This document shows positions 48,363 through 58,861 of a DNA stretch of 64,000 nucleotides, one piece after another (positions within the stretch are counted from its first letter, which is position 1; each line of letters starts with the position of its first letter). This DNA comes from Paraphysomonas bandaiensis. Taxonomy: Eukaryota > Protista > Chrysophyceae. The position numbers and the translations under genes are program-made. The stretch covers positions 75,714 to 139,713 of the forward strand of contig CBFFRP010000418.1 of NCBI GenBank assembly GCA_965644295.1, written 5' to 3'. The notes below the pieces were generated by a model. The model ran no database searches. It was not told the DNA's origin and saw only the letters and a program-made list of their open reading frames with translations.

Positions 48363-49914
48363 TGATACTGTGTCCAGCAACAGTATTGGTTAGGTTATAT
48401 CTTTGTAGTTGAACATTATACTTTCTGATGAGACAGTAGTGAAATTTGTATTAGTAGCGGAGGAATATTGTTGAATGATCTCTTCACAACTCACTGTTGA
48501 ATTAAGTGAATACATCAGTATATGTCTCCAAAACTTTAGGTATGTGCTTAATGTCACTCCGATAGGCGAAACTTACAGTCGCGATGTTGCTATACTTTTG
48601 TTTGTGGTCCAGTGATCTGGGCTGCGTTATTTCATCGCTCATATTTTGTACTCTGTACGAGGACTAGGTAGCAATACTTTCCCCTAGCTGTGCTCTGTAT
48701 TCTGAACCTTAACGTGAGTATGTTGTATGTGTTACTTCACTATTTGATTTACTATTTTTTTCACTGGTAGCACCTGTCAGGTTTAGGCATGTTGATCCTT
48801 GTCAGTCTATAATTAATAATTTACGATCTTAGACAATCATAATCTCACACAGTCACACTATTTCAGTCCAACATATTTTATAGAATTCCATGAAATTCAT
48901 GCAATACCGTTTTCAACTGCTGTATTTTTTACCAATGGTTATAAATCAAATTCTTAAACTGTTGTTTCTGCTTGCAAGCGATTCAAAGCTGTATTTCAAA
49001 GACGCTGAATGTAATAACCAGCAATAGTATTATTTATTATTGGGCCAATTGATATTATAAATCTAGTAAAAGATGATATATGTTGATCACTATTTTAATA
49101 ATAAATAAGAGTATAATTTGATAGCTCAGTTGTTACTTAACCATACTTAGATATTATGTCTATTTCGTATATAAACTATAGTATTTAATTGCGTAACCTA
49201 AAGCAAAACTTTCTGACGGAGAAAAATAAATAAATGGATTACCAGATTCGTCATAGGTTTAATCTTAAATTTTCAAGAGTAACAAAGCCAACAACATTTA
49301 CTAACTTGACGCAAGATAAGTAAGCTCTGTAAACAAAGAACTCAATATACTACGACGTAATATTCTGGCAATGGTTTTTTCATTGTCCATTTTAACTTTG
49401 TTACACTTACTATAGTTATTGGACCTATGAATTAAGATCGAGAGCACGTTATGAAAATGATAAGATGAGCTTACTATTGATAAATGAATTAATTGAAACC
49501 TCAAACAAAGAGGAAAAGAGCAACACTATAGTCAATGATTGATAACACTCATAAAACGTTAAGATGAACAAGACTGGAGTACTTTACTGAATAATTCCGG
49601 GTTTTATGTTCACGCTTATAGTACTTAACGTATTTGAAACCATATTTCGTTTTTGACGTACATATTTGATTCGTATATATTGCCTTTGAAGTATATGTAC
49701 TTTGCATCAACTGTAATGAAGTACTTAATTTATCTTCCTTTATTGTATTGATGATGAGTTAATATAGTCGATAGTTATTGTTATATTGGTATATTGGAAT
49801 GAATGTGGAACAAGGCCACTGCTTTGAGAAAATCGTAGTTAGCAGATTACTACTTACAGATGATAAGGTGCAATTTATTTACTCGCGGTTAGTATAGTCA
49901 GTGGGTGTATATAT

Positions 49915-50100
49915 TGAAAGTCTTTTTATTTAGCAATAGGCGTTAAAAACTCATTCCGATACAGTGGTTAGTTGAATGCTAGATCTACTAGTTAGACCTC
50001 TACCCATAACTAATCAGCACAAATTCTATTATCCTACTATTTAGCGCTATAGAAGCTGCTTGTGCGTCGCCGCAAGTACCAAGGTGCAACCACTTCCGTT
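49915..50100 (-). mobile_element. 5'-truncated copy (3' UTR only) of the resident LINE, with a 15-bp TSD
   Basis: Colinear and highly similar to 58865-59049. Flanked by the direct repeat AGTGGGTGTATATAT at 49900-49914 and 50101-50115. Confidence 0.92.
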
Positions 50101-50451
50101 AGTGGGTGTATATATAGTTGTTTATTATTATAGAAGGAATTGCAGAATATCATATTAGAATCTTTGATGGACTCGATGAACCAGGGCAAGATGCCCTGCA
50201 TCTCAATTTTTTGTTTCATATTATTTTTATCGTCTGAAATATGACCATCTGAGATTGCGTATATCACATTTCATTGCTCTTCATTGAACCATGTAATCTC
50301 ATTCGTAAAAAGCGGTTGTAAGCCAGAAAGCCTTACATCAAAACATGTACTTGTTCAAGATTACGCGAACATCCATACGCATAACATATGTAGTAATAAT
50401 AATAATAATTAATATTTGTACAACAATTCAAAAATCACTCCGCGAAAGTTT

Positions 50452-51027
50452 TTAAGTATCCTCTACACTACAGATATATTTCTCAATATCATTCAAAGTA
50501 GATACAAAGGAAGGAAACTCCCTTATTCCTCTCCTCTGGTTTCTTTTATTGGCTTCTCGAGTCATGTAACTATCATGCTGTAGACAGGAGTGTTCCCCTG
50601 TCATAGAGTGGTTGGAGTCGCACACGGCAGTTCTGAAGGCTTGCTGTAGATATAATACAATTTTGCTGTACTTTGTCCCCAGAAGGTGCATAAAGTTGGG
50701 GCACTGGTATATGGTGCCCTCCATAATGTAATAGGCTTCAATGACCTCCACGTCTCGGGGGGTCAGTCGGTTCTGCTTCTTTATTATGAACAGCACAGGC
50801 TCGTGTGGATTCGGGTCAACATTGAACTCCAGTCCACGCATATTCTGCAAGTGAGATACACTCACTCCCTGTGCTCGTATGGCCTGATTATTCGACGAGG
50901 GGTCATAGAAGGGAGACGTCGCGAAATAATCCAACACATTGTCACGACTGAGACCTCTGGTTTGAATCCAGAGAGGATCAACGAAGCTCACGTTTCTTTT
51001 ATCCGATACACAAGTGCTCGACATCAT
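50452..51027 (-). CDS. MED6: Mediator complex subunit 6
   Basis: NVLDYFATSPFYD.SSNN, GLEF, LFIIKKQ.R and YYI.EGTIYQCP. First ATG at 51027. Confidence 0.92.
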   Translation of the reverse strand: MMSSTCVSDKRNVSFVDPLWIQTRGLSRDNVLDYFATSPFYDPSSNNQAIRAQGVSVSHLQNMRGLEFNVDPNPHEPVLFIIKKQNRLTPRDVEVIEAYYIMEGTIYQCPNFMHLLGTKYSKIVLYLQQAFRTAVCDSNHSMTGEHSCLQHDSYMTREANKRNQRRGIREFPSFVSTLNDIEKYICSVEDT

Positions 51028-51068
51028 CAACTCTGAACAACACCTCAATCCATACCATTCCCTGCACA

Positions 51069-51335
51069 CATACATTCATACATACATACATACATACATA
51101 CATACATACATACATACATACATACATACATACATACATACATACATACATACATACATACATACATACATACATACATACATACATACATACATACATA
51201 CATACATACATACATACATACATACATACATACATACATACATACATACATACATACATACATACATACATACATACATACATACATACATACATACATA
51301 CATACATACATACATACATACATACATACATACAT
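51069..51335. repeat. (CATA)n microsatellite, ~265 bp
   Basis: Near-perfect array between the divergent MED6 and 51407 genes. Confidence 0.98.
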
Positions 51336-51406
51336 GTGTGGATATTTCAGTGTTGTGGACATGAAGATATTTTGATTGCGTGGTGTGGTCTGGGGGTTGG
51401 TGTGTT

Positions 51407-52501
51407 ATGGTGTTTAGTTCGGAGTGTGTGTTTTTTCTGTGTCAGTTGTTTATTGGGTATGGGTCTGCTGCTGGTGAGTATCATGACGATGCTCTGTATT
51501 GGAGGTCTCTTCAAGTGTCGATGAGGTGTGAGAGCGTCTATGAATTTCCGATGCATGCAGTGTCGTGGGAGACCACAGTGAGGGCGTTTGAATATCAGAA
51601 TCATTACAGTATTAATGACGCTACAAGGGAACAAATCCTGTGCGCGTTATCTATGGAGGGGAGACAGGTGCATGACTCTGTGGCACACGCTATCAAGTAT
51701 GGCATACCTCTCATGGTGGGGTCTTTGGGAAATACAGAGTATTCTCAACTTGAGAAGTGGTTTGTTGCTCGAAGGGGGGCTGCCCCATACAAGATATCCG
51801 AGGAGATGGGATATCTGGCTGGAGTTGTACCACTTATTCGGCCAGTTATACAAAAGTGGGCCCAGCTATATCTAGCTGCTGCACGAAAAGTTGATATATT
51901 CGTGCACCCACAGGAAATGGCTAGTGATTCTGGGGCCAGGCGGTTGTATGGACTCATATATAGTGAAGGTGGAAGAGTGGTTCATCACGGTGCTGCAATG
52001 CTCCCGTGGCTGTATTCTTCCCCTTACTCCCAATATTTTAAAAATAAGATAGTGCTAGTGGTATCACCCATCAGCCGTCTAATACGGATGCAATATGAAC
52101 TAAATCGCACTTGTATATATCCACGTAGTACAGTTCTGCCGGAATTCACCCTTCGGACACTTCCGGTTCCACTTCCGCCTAGCCCCAACTCGATTAACCT
52201 GTTCGACCAAACTCAGTGGCCTGTTAATAACTCATTTGTGGCACGACTACTGCGATTGAGACGTCAGGTAGAAGAAGTGTCATATGATGTGCTTGTAATA
52301 GGAGCAGGTGCACTCAGTCTGCCTGTTGGTGCATCTGAGAAAGCGAGGGGTAAGGTGGTGCTTGCTTTTCCCACTGCTGTTATAGCAACTCTGTTTGGCA
52401 TATATCCACGAAACTATGAAGCTCATAGTTCGTGTTGGTTGAACATGAAAACCACCGCAGCCTACTGGGGAACAGCCCCGCCATATCTTGACCCTGTTTG
52501 A
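51407..52501 (+). CDS. Hypothetical protein resembling an uncharacterised GT-D-fold-like family from bacterial glycan loci
   Basis: Intronless, with a hydrophobic N-terminus. Motifs IPLMVGSLGNTE, KNKIVLVVSP....I..QY, YDVLVIGAGA.SLP......GK and LFGI. Confidence 0.55.
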   Translation: MVFSSECVFFLCQLFIGYGSAAGEYHDDALYWRSLQVSMRCESVYEFPMHAVSWETTVRAFEYQNHYSINDATREQILCALSMEGRQVHDSVAHAIKYGIPLMVGSLGNTEYSQLEKWFVARRGAAPYKISEEMGYLAGVVPLIRPVIQKWAQLYLAAARKVDIFVHPQEMASDSGARRLYGLIYSEGGRVVHHGAAMLPWLYSSPYSQYFKNKIVLVVSPISRLIRMQYELNRTCIYPRSTVLPEFTLRTLPVPLPPSPNSINLFDQTQWPVNNSFVARLLRLRRQVEEVSYDVLVIGAGALSLPVGASEKARGKVVLAFPTAVIATLFGIYPRNYEAHSSCWLNMKTTAAYWGTAPPYLDPV

Positions 52502-54855
52502 CTTGCGGTTGGCATCTGACACATTCATATGTACCAGAATTTCTAAAACGGCAGTTGTCAATTATGACAACATGGACCGATATTGTGTATATTAGTGACA
52601 GGTAAATAACGCGGACAGAAGCTGCACGTATCAACTACAGCTTGAATTTACTACAGGTATTGACCGCAGTAACATGTATAGGTTATAACTGCTGAAACTG
52701 TGTCGTTTCTACACACCGCATATGTGATTGCTCACAGCAGTATTTCGAAGATTTAAATTCCATGTAAATACTCGCCCTTCTAAATACTTGCACAGCCCCT
52801 CGGCATGTCGATTGTTGTTGAACCATAAATAGTGAAAGTTGTCTGCGAGTTAAATGATTTATTCTAACTGCGTATAGAGATTTTTCTACCTCTGTAAAAG
52901 AACTGTATTTTCCACTGACAGTGGTCAACACTGAAAGTATACTATGAATGAATAGCAGCTGTTATAGATTCAATGAAATTTTCAAGATCTAAATAATTGA
53001 TATATTCTGCACACATACAGTGCGATGAAAATATGTTTTCTTTTCAGATATGGTAGTAGTTTCCTTGGCAAACGTAAGCCTAAATAGTAAACAAAGCATT
53101 CATATATGTGATGCGTGATACTCTCAGATAATTACAACTACTGAAGAATTGCACTTAGAAGCAGATAAACTAGTTCATAATATTCAGAAAAACAATTTGA
53201 AAAGGAGTTATCACATACAAGATGATCCCTTTCAAAGTCGGACTCGCATCTTTTCGTGTTTTTTTGGGGGACAAGTACCGGAGATATTTCTCTCTGGGAA
53301 ACTAACGTAAGCTGCATATATAGTCAGCATATATTGCTCTGCCCCCTAATAGTCAAATGCTTGTGTGATACAAGGGACACTGATAAGTGTTACTTGTGTA
53401 CTGTATAGAGAGGCCTATAGACGAATAAACTAGCATCCGGGAAAAAGCCCACTCAAGGGCATCCAGGGTATTGGGCTACCTGCTAAAGTCAAGCATCTGG
53501 GCTGTTCACCTTGAGGACATAGAGCGAACGCACCCGGACTCGGACCCTATATGCGCGTAAGGACTCCTTGTCACCACCACGGCCCTTACTCTCACAACCG
53601 CTGTTCTCCAACACGTTTGCAGTCTGTACGAGAGGGGGAGAAGCCCTCTCCTCACATCGTAGAGCCTAAGGACATTATATACCAAAAAAAGAGCTTTTCT
53701 CGAGAGCATTGCATCCCACAGAGCCTGTAAAATCAAAACATACTATGGATCTTCTCCCACCCAGAACGCAGAAAGCCCTATGAATCCAACTGGACGTTTG
53801 AAGGCAAAGGAATCTACCTTGCAGATGCTGTAGCTGGAGATGACTGGTGTTAGAACTAGACCGTTTACTTGGGCCGACAAACTGCTCACTGTGCTGAAAT
53901 TTGGCACTGGCGAATTTGAGAAAAACTCTCGACCAGCGCAGTTTCACTCACTCAATGCTCCTCGACCTACACACTCACCGTGACCAGCTACACAAGAGAC
54001 TCTACAGGAACAATCCTGACAGAGCTCCTAATTACTGGGGACTGTATGAAGCTCCCTCCTTCAACACAAACTAGTCAAAGTGGACTGCACAGCGTTAAAG
54101 AAAAATCCAGCAACTCCCTCAAACAGAAGATGCTAAATAATGCATCATCTAGACACCATCAAACATATGCGCCTGGACTTCCCAGACCCACAGATATTCC
54201 AACTCCGTGAAACAGCTTTCCATCAGCGTAAAGAAGTCATCCAAACCCTCAGAAGGGATTCTAACCTCTCACCATGGATAACACAGGGTATACGAGCCAT
54301 ATCCAGCAGCGCATGGAATATAACACTAACGCAGGTCGAACGCTTTTTGAAAGATAAAATCACCAACAAGAACAAACTCACATCAGCATGCAGAGTCCAG
54401 ATGCATCGCTGTACTACTGCCAAATAATTTCTCGCCTTTGAGTCGGCTGTTGTCAACCATTCTTCACAGCAGGAAAGAAAAGGCTCAAACACAGAGGTAA
54501 CCACTACCACTCCACCGTCCACCAGACACGCGACTTCTTCCCCGACCACGAAGAGGCATAAAACCTAAGAGACTGCGCGTTCTGAGGTTGCTTGGAATGA
54601 CCAGGCGTTCCACCATTACCTCCTGGTACCAAACTTTTCCACGCACCGACTCTCCACATCTTTCTTGCTCCATCCCAGCGCCAACTCTACAAAACGACCC
54701 TGGAGTCTCTGACACCTATATCTTTATTCCACGCCACAACAGGACCCCCAGAGTAATAACCCGCGCCCCATTGCCGGAAATTGGCTGTTCGTGGGAACTT
54801 TACCTTCACTCCTACGACACGTGAATTCTGGTTACATGTCTACATATATCCCAAT

Positions 54856-55518
54856 GGGCGCGGGATCTATTTTTCGACCTCTAGTCAATTTAGTGGAATT
54901 TCCTAGTCACACCAAAATTGATGTACAAACCTAGTCATTAAATAATTAGATTTTTTCATTACAATGACTAGGTGTTTTCAGTGTGTAGAGTGGTGTGTAA
55001 GAGGTTGTTGTCATACTTGTGCCTTATAATTCATAGTTAAATAAGTGATGCTGATAGATTCCCAGAGAGTAAGATTCATCGATGTTTTCAAAAGTAACTG
55101 AAGGACATGCATGAAGATTGTGTTGAGAGAAAGAATGGTCTACCAGCCTACTTCAACATTGGAGAGATCAATGGAGTCCTGCCTATGCTGCTATATACCG
55201 CTCTTTAGCTTTGTTTTGACCTGATGTATGTTGCATTGGTTCTACGCCACCTGCTATGACCTCATGCTTCTGTAATGCGTAGCTATATGCCTGTAATGTG
55301 TAGCTATAGGCCTGTAATGCGTAGCTATATGCCTGTAATGTGTAGCTATAGGCCTGTAATGCGTAGCTATATGCGAGTACAATTCATGACTAGGTTTAAT
55401 ACTATAATTGGCTAGGTTGAGTCATTTATTGCTTTGACTAGGTTTTTACACCGAAAATAGTATGACTAGGAAATTCACCAAATTGACTAGGTTGAATAAT
55501 ATATCTCAAGGGGCGCCC
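54856..55518. mobile_element. MITE with ~90-bp imperfect TIRs starting GGGCGC (superfamily uncertain, possibly PIF/Harbinger)
   Basis: The left end carries repeated (C)CTAGTCA motifs and the right end repeated TGACTAG(G). Flanks are AAT / ACT, an imperfect 3-bp TSD. Confidence 0.8.
55270..55374. repeat. 21-bp x 5 tandem repeat with A-B-A-B-A alternation
   Basis: CTGTAATGCGTAGCTATATGC alternates with CTGTAATGTGTAGCTATAGGC. Confidence 0.95.
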
Positions 55519-56391
55519 ACTTGACTAAACTAGTACAGTTTACAATCAGAAGCAAAGTAATAGCACCTTGGTACTTGCGGCGAAGCACAAGTAACTTTCG
55601 TAGCGCAATAGTAGAATAACAGACTGGTGTACATTTGTTATTTAGATAATTTAGTTTCAATATGCTGATACGTCTAGTGCTAACTAATAAGACAATAAAT
55701 ATGCTTTATATAGTTTAATATTTAGTATGATTTCTTACACTTCATTTCTCATCATATAGAGATTATGCATTATATTGCTTCAATGCACAAGCAGTCCCGA
55801 GACAACTCAGTTTCTTAGCAACTTTGATACCACTAGTCTAAAGTCGTAGATAGCTAAAAACAAAGTAGTTCTCTCATGTAATAATCAGATCTTTATACAT
55901 TATATTGCTTGTAATACTGTTACCATGTTACCACTTTCTGCATATGACTCTAACCCTACGAAATCGTGATAGAATTTTCAGAAGAATTAATAAGAGGTCA
56001 GAGTTAACCGGCAAGTCACAACTTAGTTGATAGTTGATAATAATTGAAAAAAATTCTATTAAGTTTACGAGAGTTTAACTTCTCTTGACAAAATCTAGCC
56101 GTGTTTACTATGATATTTGAATCAACAATATGCCATCTCACTTGTATATCACATGTGCTTGGGGTCGTATAAAGTTTATCATCGAAACTGTACACTGAAA
56201 GTAAAAGTAACATACGACTACGACTACTGCTTTCGGAAAATGTGACATGCATCTCTTTTCAACTTGGAAAGGGTACTTATATAGCCAAATTCAGTATATA
56301 ATACTCCAATATTACTTATGCAGACTGCTTATCACAATACGAGTCCAATAATACTTATCGTCAAGGTCAAAACAGTCGCGTTTAAAAATTG

Positions 56392-56721
56392 CTACTTTTC
56401 TTGTTTGAGTCGTTCCCACCGCTCCAACTTGTTCTCATACCGGAGTCCATTATTCATGCATGGCTTCGTATAGTCCCTGCGGAGTATAATCAAAACAAGA
56501 GTGTAGCGGGGTTGGGCGCATACCAGCAGTAGGTTCTCACAAGCACCACAATCGGAATACTACACTGTGTATGAAACCGTTAAGAAACGACATCACCCAT
56601 AAGTACATTATTACCAGAAAGATAACGTGAACGGGTTTGTAGTTCACAGCCCGTCGAAACCACTGCACCACACCGTTAAGTTAAACACACATCACAGTGA
56701 ATAAAAGTCACTTACTCCCAT
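56392..56721 (-). CDS. 59-aa single-TM microprotein (absent from the ORF track)
   Basis: Exons 56721-56716, 56662-56615, 56564-56524 and 56476-56392. Three GT..CAG introns of 53, 50 and 47 nt. Product: MGWFRRAVNYKPVHVIFLCSIPIVVLVRTYCWDYTKPCMNNGLRYENKLERWERLKQEK*. Confidence 0.75.
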
Positions 56722-57193
56722 TATGCCGACAGATTATAAAGACAAGAAAATCAAATTGATATGCACTCCTGATGGCCTCAAGCTGCTCTCAATTAATCAG
56801 CCCCAACACGTAAATATGTGAGCGATGTGTCGCTCCTTCATAACTATGTAGACCTGAGCGGGCGTATACCATTAGGATACCGTTGTATTATATGCGAGTA
56901 ATACTGTCGGAGATGGGGGTCTGTGCCACATATATTCGTATGCTGTGGTGTGTACGTGCGGGATGATACAGTGAGTCCCATATGCACATCACACTCTACA
57001 AAAAAACAAAAAACACAATCATCGTTAGTGGGAAAATATGCATAAAATGATCATCATGATGATGATTGAGAGGAAGATACTGTAGGCTGTTGCAGTTGAT
57101 GTATGGGTGTATCTTTGCTAGAGTGGGCCGGGAATACTTCGCGTAAGAGATGAGTGTAATCTTATCATAAGTAAGTACCTCGATACCGTCAAC

Positions 57194-58048
57194 ATGGGAA
57201 ATGGAGCTGTAGGACGAAGCTGTGATACGACTCTAATCTACAGAGCGAACTGCGAAGGCGAAGTGAAATACTGCCCGCACTGTCACTTCCATTTTTGTGA
57301 GTATCACTATCCAGCGGCCTCTAATGTAGCGCAACTTGCTGGTGGCCATGTTTGCTCCGATGATAAAACAACGGGAGCTGCCCTTGCAGCCCCTGTAAAT
57401 CAAATTTCCGCCACTATTGATGCAACTGGCAGGAGTTGCGTAGATCTGAACGACAATAAGCTCGTGTACTTGATGGCTCTCTGCTCTGAGGACGTCTACA
57501 CATTTGATAGTGCAGGTATAAAGCATAACGAAGTTAGTTTGGTACAAAAGTTCAATACACATCATTTACATGCTGGTCTTTACCGTATTAATGATACCCA
57601 CAAGAATGGGAAATTAATAATGGCTGTTCGCGGCTCAAACGAGGCCATGGATTGGGTTGGCAACATTGAGTCCTGGATTGGTGATGGTTCTGAAATTCGT
57701 CACGCCATCAGCATTGTAACGAAATGGGCACAGGAAGCCAAGGTGGATTATATTACAGGACATTCACGGGGTGGATGCATTGCCCAAGGTGTGTGTGGGA
57801 TGATTGGACTTCCCGGTGCCGCGTTCAACTCTCTTACCGTATACTCGGCGGTTCCCAGGAACAACTGTTTGGCTGGAAAAAGTTATGATGGAGTTCCTTT
57901 CGAAATTCATCAAACTCATGGTGATGTGGTATCACAAATTGAAAATACGATTCCAACCAGCAAACACATTGGTACATCAAAGTGGCATACAGTCAGTGAC
58001 GACAACAAACACGCGATATCCAGTATTATTAAAGTACTTCGGTGCTAA
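57194..58048 (+). CDS. Class-3-lipase-like alpha/beta hydrolase with N-terminal Cys/His (AN1-like) zinc finger
   Basis: AVRGS....DW..N, nucleophile elbow GHSRGG, Asp in GDVVS and His in KHAI. N-terminal CPHC-x4-C-x2-H-x13-H-x-C. Confidence 0.85.
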   Translation: MGNGAVGRSCDTTLIYRANCEGEVKYCPHCHFHFCEYHYPAASNVAQLAGGHVCSDDKTTGAALAAPVNQISATIDATGRSCVDLNDNKLVYLMALCSEDVYTFDSAGIKHNEVSLVQKFNTHHLHAGLYRINDTHKNGKLIMAVRGSNEAMDWVGNIESWIGDGSEIRHAISIVTKWAQEAKVDYITGHSRGGCIAQGVCGMIGLPGAAFNSLTVYSAVPRNNCLAGKSYDGVPFEIHQTHGDVVSQIENTIPTSKHIGTSKWHTVSDDNKHAISSIIKVLRC

Positions 58049-58861
58049 TACAAAGTGAACAATTGTGCATTGATATTTGGGAGTGCAGGTCATGGCGACA
58101 CCATTGATGTGGCGTCTTAAGTTTTCTGGTAACAGTATGTGTGTGCACTCCGCTGTTAGTTTTGAAATTACTTATTGCTAAGCAATTAAACGCTTTATTT
58201 CAAAAGTTTTGAACTATAGCTGTTCCTTGAATAATACTGTATTAGCAGTCGATATTATATGAAGTTGATATCGTGCTATGAAGTAGGTTTACTAAACGGA
58301 AAGATATTGACAGTATAATATCGTATCATCTGAGATCTGATAATATAGATTGGTAGTGAATATAATCCAGATAATTACAATGAATGATAAGAGTTGTTGA
58401 TTATAATTTGTACTAATTGATTGAGTGAGTTCAAAGTTCAGCTCTTTAAGTTTTAACCGTCCTATATAAATACGTGATTTAAATTGGATTTGGAGTTCGG
58501 AAGAAAATGTGTAACGCTGAATTATAACTATAACAGGAGAGATAGTAAGGTTGTGTTGTAGTAGTGTGATTGTAACAAGTCATATCTCTAACAGCTACTG
58601 CATTTTCAGTTCCTTTGACTAGTACAAAATAAGGTATCTACATTCTAGACAAGTGTTTAATTGCTGAATACTGAAAAACGATTAGTATTGTTGGGTCGGC
58701 TTAAAACATCCATCAATATTATTGGTGGGGCGCTATCTAACAATAGTATTGCAATATATTATTCCCTAGCCCTGCTTTGTCCTATTCTTGTTGTTTTGTT
58801 GCTTTGTAGGTTCTGTCTTTCAGTGCTACACAGTATATTGTATATTACAGGATATATATTA

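Larger units (their letters stand above)
53233..55705 (+). mobile_element. Old internally deleted LINE derivative (head + RNaseH/CCHC region + 3' UTR) interrupted by a MITE
   Basis: Frameshifted remnants PGLGPY, KGIYLADAVAGDDW, LDTIKHM.LD and RVLRLLG match the ORF at 59094-60650. 55560-55705 matches the LINE 3' UTR. The head matches 12285-12483. Confidence 0.85.
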
